Part shown: positions 46,368-59,237 of the stretch, piece by piece | Layout of the letters: each line of letters opens with the position of its first letter | How positions within the stretch are numbered: the stretch's first letter is position 1 | Assembly (NCBI GenBank): GCA_964188305.1 | Contig: OZ076888.1 | DNA: 64,000 nucleotides | Reading direction: 5' to 3' (one strand) | Origin: Podarcis bocagei | Lineage: Eukaryota | Notes under the pieces: generated by a model | Told to the model about the DNA's origin: nothing | The model's database searches: none | What the model saw: the letters and a program-made list of their open reading frames with translations, nothing else | Made by a program: the position numbers and the translations under genes

Positions 46368-49300
46368 CTAGTGATGAGATAATATAAAAAATCAAGTAAG
46401 TGTTCTGGAACTCATTCTCTTAGAAGGGCCCAGCCCTCATCTTAGTCTAAATGAGAAAGTGATTGAGTTCAGCATCTCAATGGCATGGAAACCATGTAAA
46501 TAAGGTTAATTCTAATTAGAGGTATAAATAACTGATTCACTTCTCTTTCAATTCCTCTGCATCAGAGGCTAGGGTGGGGTATTACATGTCTGAATATTCA
46601 TCTGCTTTCACACACAAAGCTAAAGTAGTAAAAGCCAGGTTTGTGGAGAAATAAAATATTTACAAAACGCTTTGCTTTTTGTTGAAAACCAGACAGTCCT
46701 GTCTTCAAACACCTTAGTTTATTTCTCATTTCCTGCCCTGAGACAATATCTACCTTGCCTGCTGAAGCACCCAGGCCTCCTGAAATCTCAATCCCATGCC
46801 TTTTCATAATGTAGTCAGTGATTTCCTTCCAGTCATATCCCTCAGGTACAAAGACAGTGTTGACTGTTGGAAGCCTTGCATCCTGAAAAATAAAGAGAAT
46901 GAGTCAAAGACACCCAGGTAATTTCTGAATGCATGTAAATGCTTCAATTTCCCAGGATTTCTAGCAAGCTGCACCATCTGGATGAAACACCCTCACCCTA
47001 ATGATTTCTCTCCTTGCTTGCATGGGACCTTCTCACAATAGGAATCTACACTCACTGACCATTTGTCTGTGGTGAGCTTGATTCTGTGCAAGGCTAGAGA
47101 GAATGGTTTCTGAGTGTTAAAAGTTGGCTTCATATATGTTTCACATTCCGTCCTGTACATTTTGGTTTCCCTATAATTTCTGGTTACCTGTTGATTGGTG
47201 CTGAAAAGTGAGATGCTCATGCAGTAAATGATCAGCTATCCTGCTTTCAAACTACATTCAGCTGTGGAAACACTATTGCCTTAGGTAGCTAGAACAAAGT
47301 CTCTCTGGCTTATCTCTGGTTCCCTTCTCATACCTCACTACCCTCAGTATATAATATTCAACAGGCCTGCAATTACTGTCATTGTCTATTCCTTTCTCCA
47401 TCTCAAAGCAGGTCCTATAAGATGCAGCAGCACACATACGACTTAGTTCTCTTGTTCACTTCAATGGTGGTTAGCACAGAATGTGGAGCTAATTATTGTG
47501 GTTTGCATCTTACCGGTTCTTTCACAAAAAGTTGGAGGCCTAACTTCTGTAGCCCTGCACACAGGTCCAGGCTGTTCTCCTTGTGAAGCTTCCAGGAATT
47601 TTCTAGCCCCTGTATATAAAATGCACTTTTATTTTCATGTGTAGGAAATAAAAACTATTTCAACTATCTCTACATAGCAGGCATATTATATTAGGATGGA
47701 CACAGTGGGTGGGTATTTAACTAAACAGTTCTGCTATCACAAGTACCTTTGACTGTGCAATGGAATTTCCTCTCTCTCATGTGCCCCCTAAATATGTTAT
47801 TTGGTGAGCAGGGAGAGGAAGCTGCGTTGTGCAGCCGAAAGTGTATGTGCTAGCAGAATTATTTAATTGGATACTACCCTTTCATCTTTAAAAATGATAG
47901 GTTTGTAATTGAGTTTGGCTTTGACAGTTCTGACCAGTTAGCATCCAAAAACTCTAAAATTAGTATGGTACTCATTTGTTTATTAGGGTCCACATCATAC
48001 AAAGTAATATACTCCTTACCAGTTGTGAATAAACCAAGGGCTTGCTTAGAAAGTAAGGCTGCAGCCCTAACCATGTCTATTCAGAAGTGAGTCCTGTTGA
48101 ATAAAATGGGGTTTACACTCAAGTAAGTAGGGTTAGGATTGCATCAGGCAGGCATCAGCCTTCAGTAGTCCTCATTCTGCTTCCAGTCAAGAAAGGGTGA
48201 TACTGGTTCTATATTAGTTCCTTCTATGAGAACTAAGGTGCTTCATACATTATGCAGCATTCCTCCCTCCCATAATTTCACAAGTGTTATAACCATTATT
48301 GCTTCCAGAAAATCATATAGGGGAGACATACTTTGGGAAGTCCTGGATGGACATTCAGGGCAAAAATTAATCTACTACACCTTTTAGGAACACATTGACT
48401 TTTTATGCATTGTAAGTTTATTACTAATGAGGTCACAGTGAATATGATTGCTGAATAATATCTGGATACACTCTAATATGCCCATTCTTAACTAAGCAGC
48501 AGAAATATCTTGATTTCAGTATCTTCCTTTGTTTCTCTACTACTTCAGCCTGTAGGTCTTTCAGTCTCCCACACTGACTGACCTTTTCTGCAAGAATTGC
48601 CAAGCCTTCTCGCAGACAGAAAAACGTGTTGATGGGTGCAGTATGATGATACCTGCAAAGATACATGCAACATGTAAGGGAGATGCTCAATTTGCATGGA
48701 CCAATCTATCAGAAACCGCTTCACAATATATACCCTACCTATCAACACCCCCACATGCCAAAACAAAATAGTGACAGGAAAGTGAAGTGAGGAAGTATTG
48801 TCATATTCTCAGTTGAAGCCTATGTCAAACTAGGTGCTGCCCAGTGCTTGTTTTTGTGCTTTGAATCACTCATTGTAAGCAAGCAGCAAGTGTGCTCTCT
48901 GTCTCTCCCCCCAAGAGTTGCATGTGAGAGAATGAGCTGTTCCCTGCCATATTTCCATTCAAAGCCTTTTCTCTTACCCCACCTGCTTTCCCAGCCATAT
49001 GATAGAAATATTGGGGGAAGGAATGGTAGTACAGATCTGCTGCTCAATAATGGTCCAGGGCCTAATCCATTTCTGGAGGCCAGGAAACTACTTTAAAAGT
49101 GAGGAGAATGAGAAGCCATAGAATTAGCTCTCACTTTCTTGGCTGATCGTTGCAGCCCCAGTATTGAGCCAACTCCTCCATGTCCAGATAAAATGAGATT
49201 GGTTTCGTCTTCCTACTGTTAATCTTCTTCCTGACAAAATGGAAATGCAAATATTGGTCACCTGAAGGAAATCTACCAGTGAATCACATTCTTTGTGCAC

Positions 49301-52300
49301 CTCCTACCCCTTGTGTATTTGCTGTAAACCGCACAGTTCAGTGGGGGGAGGAAACTGGCTCTTCAGAGGTTGAACTTCAGCTTCTATCATCCCCAACCAT
49401 TAGCCATGATGACTGAGGTTGATGGGGGTTGGAATCCCACAACGTATTTAGTTTCCACATAGACTAAATAGTGCCAATGTGTGTGTGTGAAAGAGCAATG
49501 GAGTGGCAGTGCCAGATCAGAACCTGGAACAGTCATAGAGGTATTGATTCTCTCCATGAGAATCCAGTACTTTGGCATCGAGGAGTCTATTAGAAATCCA
49601 GTAGAGGAGCAGACTATTGGAGCAGTAATGCTGTGAATTTTCCATCTCATGCTGAGCCTATGTGTATGTAAATTCAGCTTTAGATCACGAACACCATTAT
49701 TCCCCAGTGACTTTCATTCCATGGAAACCACTCACAGTTGGGAGATTGGGGTGTATATAATAGTATTGCCCAGTGGAATTGATTCATGTGGGATTTTCAA
49801 TGCCATGTGGCCTCACTTAACCCCTTTGTTAGAAACAAGCAGGAAAATGTAGATAATATGAGGTGCTTGAACCTGGAGCTTGCAAGAAGGCACAGAGGTT
49901 GAATTCTGTGAGATGTGGGGCTCACTTAGTTCAGTGAGTTGAACCCAAAGAATGGAATGGTAGGAAAACACCATGGCATTTTTGATAATTTGTAGAGTTT
50001 ATGTAGAGCGTAAACAAGCTGTTGCAGGAGCTGAAGAGCATTTTTGGATGAGCTTCATTCTTCTCTCACAACACTTTAGTGCCAAGGTATAAAACAGTTA
50101 TTTGGTTAGCTGCGGACCCCTTTTGCACATGGAAGTCCATTTTTGGATCCAGCTCAGTGTCTTTAGGAGGGAAATGAGCCTCCTATCATTTCCTATATCT
50201 CAATGACTGTCTTCTATAAAGTATTGACTTGCCTAACATCCAGTTGGAAATAACATCTCCCCAAAACAAATATTATTTTGCTTACCTTGCTCTCTGGCTG
50301 AAAGAAATGGGTGAAGCACCAGGTGGTGCATTTAAGACTTTCTGGGAGCCTGAGTAGAGGATGTCAATTCCTGTGTGCTCAACAGGGGAGAAAAAATGTT
50401 AATAAGTGTTCCTTCACTATAGCAGATGTCCTGTTCAGTTCTGTGCTACCAGGATTCTTTGTGGAAAGTTGTGGCAATTAAAAATGAAATAAAGCCAATA
50501 TAAGTGCAATATAGAGCAGTGGTTCTCAAATGGTGGCCTGTGGACCACAAGTTTCCATTGCATGTCTGTAAAAACACAAATAATCATACAGCACCTAACA
50601 CAGTGCATTACAATTGCTATAACAGGCATGAAAATTATTAAGTGGTCAAGTAGTCCATGGGAAGAAAATTTGAGAGGTTAGGCAAGATACTAGTTTGTTT
50701 GTTACTAATGTCATAAATTACTTCCCCAACCTGGTGACCTCCAGATGTTTTAGATGCACTTCTTGCTGGTGGGAGTTGTAATCCAGAACATCTGCAGGAC
50801 ACCAAGTTGTGAGAAGCTTTCATATACTTAGGGAGAAGCTTGGACACTAGTTTCAGATTTACCTACTCGTCCTCTAGAATGTGGCAAAGGCCAGAGAGCA
50901 TCTCCTATACTATCTTTTGTATTCCTCTTCTCTTAGCAAACACACATCAATCTTCTGCCTTCTCCAGTGATGATGAAGGAAAGATGCAAGTTACTCTGAT
51001 TAGGAACCTCAAACCATTTCTACATCAATGGTAAACATTTGTGTTACTATGACAGATTGTTACATCTTAGAATCATAGAATCATAGAGTTGGAAGAGACT
51101 ACAAGGGCCATCGAGTCCAACCCCCTGCCAAGCAGGAAACACCATCAGAGCACTCCTGACATATGGTTGTCAAGCCTCTGCTTAAAGACCTCCAAAGTAG
51201 GAGACTCCACCACACTCCTTGGCAGCAAATTCCACTGTCGAACAGCTCTTACTGTCAGGAAGTTCTTGCTAAAGTTTAGGTGGAATCTTCTTTCTTGTAG
51301 TTTGGATCCATTGCTCCGTGTCCGCTTCTCTGGAGCAGCAGAAAACAACCTTTCTCCCTCCTCTATGTGACATCCTTTTATATATTTGAACATGGCTATC
51401 ATATCACCCCTTAACCTCCTCTTCTCCAGGCTAAACATGCCCAGCTCCCTTAGCCATTCCTCATAAGGCATCGTTTCCAGGCCTTTGACCATTTTGCTCA
51501 CCTTGCTGGTCCATAAGAATTGGAGCTCCACCCAGTGATGCTACAGCATCCACCAGTAGTAAACAATTATATCTAAAATGAGGAAGGAAAGAATAGAGAT
51601 TTAGCATGCTATGGAAGGCAGGGCTTAACTTGCAAACAGGTCATCCAGATCAGATTTCTCTGTGTGCAAGTGCACTACCACACATTCTGTTGTTTTTAAG
51701 TCATATTCATTGCTATTTCACTGTTAGCCATTGATGCCAGTTGGCAGAGCTTGGTGGAATGCATCTGGGCTGGGTTTCTCTCTCCCCCCACTCAATTGGT
51801 CTTCCCCTGCTGCTCTCTCTTTTCCATTCTGGGCAGATGTGGGTATCCAGGAAGTGCACAAGAATGTAAGAGTAAATGTTAGTATCCTTATCCAACCAGT
51901 TACCATGTTTCACAATGAGCAAAATGGAGGCTTGTACTTTTTCTGTCGTTGACTTATTCAGATATTCTAAGCATAGGGAATCTTTGGATTTGGGGAAAAG
52001 AAAGTGTGGTACAGCAGTAGTTGTAGGAGAATGCCACATGGGCAAGGGGGAATTAATGGAGGCACAATGGGTTCACAATCCACACTAAGCACAGTAAATC
52101 AGGCAGCTTAGACTACAGCCTTGAGGCCTTTGTTTCTGAGGCAAATAAGTGTTTGACCTCCATGACCCACTGACCTGTGACAGAGTTCTCCAAGGCCATC
52201 CAGGGGCTGAAGCACTCCAGTGGAGGATTCTCCATGTGTGATGAAAAATAAAAAGGGAGCATGTGTCACTAAACCCTAGGAGAGGCAACAGGGGGGGTGG

Positions 52301-55300
52301 AAGAGTCAGACAAGACAAAAAAAACATGGGAGGAGTAGGTGAACAGTAATATTCTCCTAGTAGGTGGGAGGCTAAATTGCTATGAACTGGTTGTCCCAAC
52401 CATTTACATAAGAAAGACATAGACTGCAGGTTTCACTTAGAGTTGTATTTATGTATCTAAATTAGCTATATAATATCCTGCCTTTCAGGATACAAACTCT
52501 CCCAATAAACATGCTCTTTGCTGCTACTTTCAGCTACTTTGCTCACATAACTCACCTTTTCTATTTCTTCTAGAGTGAAAAACTCTCCAGGGGCCTTTAC
52601 TAGCTGATGAACGTCTGCTCCTAAAATAGGTAATGGATTACAAATCATGTTACTTGAACTTTGTTAAAGGAGAAGCAAAGGACAAAACTGTTCCTAAGGC
52701 TCCTGGGAAGCACCAACATTCATTCCAATTAGATAATAATAAAGCCCTTCTAGGGGAAGGTAGGATATAATGTTCTATATTTATTATTATTATATTTATA
52801 TCCCACCTTTCTGCCAAGGAGCTCAAAGTGATGTACATGGTTTCCCTCACTGGTACTTCAATTTTATCCTCACAATGACCCTCTGAAGTAGGTTAGGTTG
52901 GCAGATAGTGACTGACTCAAAATCACTCATAGAGTGTAATTTCACTGGGTTTCAGTTTCCTTGGATTTAAAAGAAGAGGGCCTGACTAAGCAGCTTTTAG
53001 AGGCTTCACTTGACTAGTTTGGATTTTGCTGATCCCTGAAAAGGAATGAGACGTGTGCTAATAAGGACTGAGTATGCCTCAGTGCACCCTGAAACTATAT
53101 TTGAAAAGTGGTTTGGACCAGGAGAAATTACAATCTAGACACAGGTTGAAGACTCTGGATTGTTGGTTCAGCTGACTGGTTATGACAGTGAGCTCCTTTG
53201 ACATTTTCATTTGATGGCATTATGACGTAAGGTGATTTGAGAGGTGTATGGTCCTGCCCATCTGTCAAAACTGACCTGCAGGGAATGAATCAGCTCTTGA
53301 CCAGACCCTTGGTGTGAGAAAGGTTCGCTACCCCTGATTTGGCTCAACGAAGTCCACCAAAATAGCCAACACATGAGAATGCAAGTTTTAGGTTTAGGGG
53401 TGGTGGACTGATGGGAAGACAGCAAATCACTTCTCACTTGGTAGCAGTTCACAACAAGTTATGTTAAGAGAGCCACAGGCGCTTCTGTTTGAAATGGGTC
53501 ATGTATTAACAAGTACATAGCAGCACCTTTGCCAAAGTCCATTCAAGCTCCCTGGGAACCTCCAGAGTATATGATGATTAAACTTGGAGCAGGAAAGAAG
53601 CGTTTGATTATTAAAAACAAATTGGGAGGAATTCAACATAGTGTTAAGCTACAGTCCCATAGTGGTGTACAAGTTGCAATAGCAGAGAAGGTTCTTGTGG
53701 CTTGGTTGCACAGCAGATTGCAGTAGCCCCAATACATCCTGTTGCACTGGATTTCATATTATACAGCCATTATTCTCACCCTTACATGAGTGGTGGTGGT
53801 TGGTGTTTCAAATTTTGCATTCAGTATGGTTTTACAACTCTTAAGTTACTTTGAAACATTTTATGCAGTAAGCAATGAATAAATGAAATAAATAATACTA
53901 TAAAGGAATGCTAGGTTTGAAGGAAAAGGTTCCAAAAAACATACCAAGTCTTTTGGCAATGCCAGTTGCACGTTCACCCCAAAATCCATTCATAGCTATG
54001 AGCACTTTGTCTCCCTGCTCCACCATGTTCAAGAAGGCTGCTTCCATGGCACAATGGCCGGTGCCACTGACAGCCAATGTGAGAGGGTTCTGTGTCTGAA
54101 ATGCATACTGTATTCCAAGCTTGATCTCATCCATTATCTGAGGGCAACAGAGAAGATAATCAGTGTTCAAAGAAACTTTCCAAAGGCTGGCAGTGCACGT
54201 GTATTTATGTCTGTGGATTCTGACAGTGGCATTCATAGGAGGAAGAGATAACAGTGTGGCTCCCATTAAAAGTTTCTATACATTTTGATGGACAAACGAC
54301 AACAGCCGGAAAAGGCTGAACAAAGTCCAAAATGCTGTTACGGAAGAGAATACTCCCACAGTAGAGTTACTCAGCCACAGTTGAGATTCTGCTCTTGCTT
54401 CTTTATTTCTTTGCATCATATAATACATTGATTACTATCACTTTATGAACAGCCATGCTCCTGTGTAAGTGGAAATGTTGAATCCTAAAGCCTCACACAC
54501 CCTGGTGAGAATTAAGTAGGTTTTCTGATAGAGCAGATTTCAAGCATCATAAACACAGAAGGCGTCTGTATTTATATACAAGTCTGCTCTCATGGGACCT
54601 CAAAATGCAGATCAGCGTGGAACTCCCTATTTCTTAACATGGCTCTTAGCCAGATTATACACAGAAATTACATGCTTCCAATTTAGTGATATATTTGCCT
54701 GCTACTAAGCCTGAGATCACTCCCATGAATAGTTAGCAATCCTTTCTGCGTAATGGATCTCAAAGGAATATCTGTCTTCCTGACTGACATACAGAAGAAT
54801 AAGCACCATGAGATCTAAATAGCAGAAGTTTGTCTAGATTTAAAGAGTTGGGTTTTCAAAGTTTTATATTTGCTTAGTGAATCTAGATCAGAGGAAAGCC
54901 TGAGACTCTCATGAGCTCAGTGGAATCAAGTTCTTAAAAATGGGGAAATAACCAGAAATAATAGTCCCATCACAGAGGAAGAAAATCATGCTTCTGGTTA
55001 TCAAGAAATTCTGTGGCTAAATAATAATGATTTTCCATAAATCTAGATTGTATTAGTTAAGAACATTACTTTTGATTAAAAAAATTTAATCCATAGACTA
55101 ATGAATAATTAGTCAGGGTGATACTTGAAAGCTGGAAAAGCATTAAGTAGAAGCTGAAGTAGGAGCACACAAGGAATTAGGTAGGATTTTATTTCTTACC
55201 TGGATCATCTCTTTGTGGACATGTCCTATGAGCTGTCGACAGCCTGCAGACAAGATCCGGGGAGGGCAATTGGAGGGCCCAGGGCCCAGCAATAACCTGT

Positions 55301-55466
55301 CTGGAACAGACAGTGGCTGTAGCAGAGGTGCTGGAGGTGGCAGAGATAGGTTTTGAGAAGCCATGGTGCGGCAACACTGAGTTAAAACCAGAGGCCGCCG
55401 AACAGGAGTCCAACCTGCTGCTTGCAGCACTAGGAACACACTGCTCACCCCTGACCTTAAATACAT
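46260..55466 (-). CDS. AGXT: Alanine:glyoxylate / serine:pyruvate aminotransferase, complete, 11 exons (426-aa long form; 392 aa from second ATG at 55364)
   Basis: complement(join(55200-55466,53945-54137,52556-52620,52175-52275,51502-51572,50286-50370,49135-49230,48583-48652,47514-47609,46754-46882,46260-46367)). All GT-AG; intron positions match human AGXT; motifs [26 protein letters not shown] (PLP lysine), YHHT and LRIG intact; ends NKL*. Confidence 0.95.
46754..46882 (-). CDS. AGXT: AGXT exon 10 ([20 protein letters not shown]...GGLGASAGK)
   Basis: 129 bp; ttcag|GAT ... AAG|gtagat. Confidence 0.95.
47514..47609 (-). CDS. AGXT: AGXT exon 9 ([32 protein letters not shown])
   Basis: 96 bp; tacag|GGG ... 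CCG|gtaaga. Confidence 0.95.
48583..48652 (-). CDS. AGXT: AGXT exon 8 ([23 protein letters not shown])
   Basis: 70 bp; tgcag|G ... AAG|gtcagt. Confidence 0.95.
49135..49230 (-). CDS. AGXT: AGXT exon 7 ([31 protein letters not shown])
   Basis: 96 bp; gtcag|G ... AA|gtgaga. Confidence 0.95.
50286..50370 (-). CDS. AGXT: AGXT exon 6 ([27 protein letters not shown])
   Basis: 85 bp; PLP-binding Lys codon at 50339-50341. Confidence 0.95.
51068..51495 (-). mobile_element. 5'-truncated CR1 LINE in AGXT intron 5
   Basis: ORF 51145..51531 encodes a CR1 ORF2 C-terminus ([14 protein letters not shown]-type motif ... WNLLP); (ATTCTATG)n tail. Confidence 0.92.
51502..51572 (-). CDS. AGXT: AGXT exon 5 ([23 protein letters not shown])
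   Basis: 71 bp; tttag|A ... G|gtgagc. Confidence 0.94.
52175..52275 (-). CDS. AGXT: AGXT exon 4 ([33 protein letters not shown])
   Basis: 101 bp; cctag|GGT ... AG|gtcagt. Confidence 0.94.
52556..52620 (-). CDS. AGXT: AGXT exon 3 ([21 protein letters not shown])
   Basis: 65 bp; tttag|GA ... AAG|gtgagt. Confidence 0.94.
53945..54137 (-). CDS. AGXT: AGXT exon 2 ([15 protein letters not shown]...AKRL)
   Basis: 193 bp; ctcag|ATA ... G|gtatgt. Confidence 0.95.
55200..55466 (-). CDS. AGXT: AGXT exon 1 (presequence + [15 protein letters not shown]...KEMIQ)
   Basis: ATG1 at 55466, ATG2 at 55364 (gcaccATGG); CAG|gtaaga. Confidence 0.92.
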
Positions 55467-56631
55467 GGCAAGCTGGGGTTGAGCAAAACAAACAGATCTT
55501 AGATCAGATAAATGCTAGCACACCTCCCTCTTGTTTCTCTCCTCTTCTGAAAAATCTTCCAGTTATTGCCATTGGTCTCCAAGCTCCTTGTGAATATGAG
55601 CTTATCTTTAGAACACAGCCTCCAACTTACTTACTCCTTGGTTTTCTCCCAGAGAGTTCTGTGCTTTCTAATGCCTTTGGCCTTCCTTGCCTGGGAATTC
55701 TACACCTGTTAGAAGCTGGAAAGTTAAATATCATGCAAACAAAGATCTGAAGGAGACTTATTTTCCTTGTTCTTTGGGCAACACAGAGAAGCTTCCTATG
55801 CTGCCTCAACATCTGTAGAAGTTGCTTCCCTCACAGAACGGAGAGAAACTGGACAACTGGACCATTATGTTTGGTTCTGTCCGAAATCCCTGAAACTATA
55901 TAAAATTGAAGTTTCATTCTTTATTCTTTATTGTAGTTGTGTAACACTGGTCTGTTGAGCAGTCACTGGTTATAGTTTGCCAGGAACAGTGAATTCTAGA
56001 TTAATAATGGGGTTAACAAGTAACTGTGCTTGCCTGCTTATTGGCAGTGCCTGACTGAAGAAATCCCCCCTCCCCGCAATAAATAGGGTGACCTGTGTGT
56101 TATTCTGTGTTCCTTTTTTTGCCTGACTTGCTCCTTCTTTTCCCTCCGACCCATCCTGTGATCCACCCTTCAGCTCTGAAGCTTCCTCTGCCTCTGACTG
56201 TTGCCTCCTGCCTGGTACAGTTCCCCACAAATCACTAGCCCCCTCTCCCAAGTCAGACACCAGCACCCTTTCTCCCTGTACGCACTTGTCAGCATTCTGC
56301 CAGTCTCTGACATGTATGGGAACTGCAGATGAGTGCATCTAATAACTGAAATAAGTACCATGCAGACATATTGTAAGAGCAGCTGGTACACAGAGGTATA
56401 CTGCTTCTGAACGTTGAAGTAACCAGGTAAAGCTGAAAGTGGCAAAAGGCAATTAATAGGAGACAAGCAACAATTCACCACACACAACTGTGTCCTGACT
56501 GTCTTGTAGTCTGGGGACAGATGCTACAACTTCACTAATTGTTTTCCTTTGGGCCGAGTAGTATAAAAATGTAACTTGCACATGTTCCTTAAGATCACAG
56601 TAGAGCACCTTTAGCTGTCAGTAGACAATAG

Positions 56632-56970
56632 TAAAGGTAAACAGACCCCTGACCATTAGGTCCAGTCATGACCGACTCTGGGGTTACGGTGCTCATCTCG
56701 CTTTATTGGCCGAGGGAGCCGGCGTACAGCTTCTGGGTCATGTGGCCAGCATGACTAAGCCGCTTCTGGCGAACCAGAGCAGTGCACGGAAACGCCGTTT
56801 ACCTTCCTGCTGGAGCGGTACCTATTTATCTACTTGCACTTTGACGTGCTTTCAAACTGCTAGGTTGGCAGGAGCAGGGACCAAGCAACAGGAGCTCACC
56901 CCATTGCAGGGATTCGAACCGCCAACCTTCTAGGCTCTGTGGTTTAACCCACAGCGCCACCCGCATCCCT
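56632..56970 (-). mobile_element. Sauria SINE between ALLN and AGXT
   Basis: 14-bp TSD TCAGTAGACAATAG (56618-56631; 56972-56985). Confidence 0.9.
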
Positions 56971-59237
56971 TTCAGTAGACAATAGCCCACTGTAAATATC
57001 TTTATCTTGCTTCCCTATTTCTTTTTTAATTTCCTAATGGGTTCACTTAATCTACAAAGAGTTTCAGTGTGCAGTGCAGCAACTTCTCTATGGGTAGACC
57101 ACAACTATTTTTGTGCTTAAAAAATGTATGTAGCTGAGATGCATGCATTTGTGTCATGCCGAGTCCATATTAGTGCTTTCAGAGCTCTCATATGATTGCT
57201 GAGCAACCTCCCCACCTCCCACCCCCTGCCCCTAGCTTCATTCCAGTAATAGAACAATGGTGACCAGACAGGAGGGAGCAGGGCTGGCCAAATTCTGTAA
57301 TACAGTAGTTTGAACTTCTGAGAGCCAAACTAGACATTAACTTCATGAATGCAATTAGTGTAAATAGTAGCTGAGCTTGAGCAACCTCAGCACAATGAGG
57401 GGAGAGGAAGAGAAGTGGAATTCTTTCTGCTTCACCAGAATCCCTGTAAAATTCCTTTACAAGGCAAGGTCCTATTTCTAGACTGAGGTGATGAAACCTA
57501 GTATATCTACTGGCTATGATGAGCATTGGACTGGGTCCAATGGGACCTCCAGACAGCCGTTTTATTGAACATTCACCTTGATTTGGTTTTCACAAAGATG
57601 GCAGGGAGGTTAGACAACACCAGCTATTTATTCAACATTCATTCTGATTTGTCTGAGGGGAGGTTAGACAATGTTGCATCAAACAATTGTTTTTCCAGCA
57701 CATTTCTTCATCACTTTCCTTTTTGCAAAAAGTTTGGAGGAAGATTTGTTTCACAAGAACACCAATAATCTTCAATTGCACCATCTGAATGCCATTATCC
57801 CACCAGAAGATAGCAACAGTTTCTCTGGTTTCAGTGACTGAATTACTTCTCTTCTACCCTTGCCCACAATTTTCCTTTGTAACGTTTGCATTTTCAAGGA
57901 AGTTCACTTTGTATCAGACCATATACTGTACTTCATTCTGAGAATCTGTCCTTTTACTGGGACAACTTGTATTTCTGTGATATTAAGCCCTCTAATGTTT
58001 TGTTTAGCATTTTTATGTACCACGAGCCCTTGCCAGCTAATAAACACTAAGGTCCAAATGCTCTGGCAGGATGTATGTTCTAGCACAGCACTGTCAAAGG
58101 GAAATGCTGCCTTTTAGTTTTGATAAAGTGATTACTTTGTTTCTATGGATTTTCAAATTAAGTCAAATAGGAGAAAAATAAATTATTCAGGATTGCTTGG
58201 CTGGCAGTGGCAGTCTTAAAGCCTCATGGATGTTGCAGAGCACTGTGCCTAGTTTTGCATTTAGTATAGTTTGTCTGAGAGAGGACTTAAAATATGTAAC
58301 CCTCTAATTCAGGGGTAGTTTAACTCCCAACTCCAATAAAACTCAGCCAGGATGGTCAGGAATGATAAGAGGTATAGTCCAACATCTGGAGGACTGCAGG
58401 TTTCTCATCCTTGCTCTACTTCTTGCAACTGCAAGAATCAAAAAATGCACAATTCAAACACGTTTACTTGACATCCCATTTTGATCATATCCTGATCAGG
58501 AAATCAATAGATCATACTTTGATTAAAGAGTTATATCGAAAGCCTCTTTATCTAATTTCTAAGGTCATAGCCATAGTGAAAGAATACTTATTCAGAACTC
58601 ATCACACTTTGGCATATTACTGTTTGATTCACTGTGAGCACTGTGTTACATTAGATTTAAAAATCAGATCAATGATTTGCAAAATAAACACTTTGAGATG
58701 AAGCATTAAGAGCTGTGAGATCACCCAGACTTTTTGTCTTGTTCCCCCATCACCCTGATTTTTTATTAGCTTTATTTATACTTCTGGAAAGCAAGAAGGC
58801 ATGAGGGAGTGGCTCCAATAACTTTTTACTGTTCCATTGTTGCATATCCTTGACATATTAGTTGGAGCTGTTGACCTCATTTTATTTATTCAGCAGTTGT
58901 AGAAAAATTCAGAAAGTGTAGCAGCTGCTCTCACTGAGACAATAGACTATGTGATTGCAGTTTTTTGTTTATGTCGCTCATCCTCAGACTCAGATATACA
59001 GCTGCAAATAAAACGTTTTAAATGTGTTGTAAAGTGCAATATACAAATGTGACACTAGATGGTGACAGTGAGCTTTGCAAAATTCAATGTATTTTTCAAA
59101 ACATTTTTTTAAAAAGCATTTTGACAGCGTTTTTTGTATGTGTGTAGATTCCACTCTCCTCTCCTCTTCTATTCTTCCAGCTTCTCTTCTGCCCAGATTT
59201 GTGTTTAGCTAGTACATTTGTCATACTCTCTTCCTCA

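Noticed and set aside
48583-48652. AGXT as a PucG-type ureidoglycine aminotransferase, given its position beside ALLN
   Set aside because: It has the AGXT YHHT motif and human-like exon structure and length (392 aa); nothing in the sequence suggests altered specificity.
51145-51531. 128-aa ORF suggesting an AGXT-CR1 fusion
   Set aside because: The CR1 ORF2 frame differs from the AGXT exon-5 frame; AGXT read-through stops after about 13 codons.
55313-55750. Longest ORF in the track (145 aa, + strand)
   Set aside because: GTG start, antisense shadow of AGXT exon 1 and its promoter, no recognisable domain.
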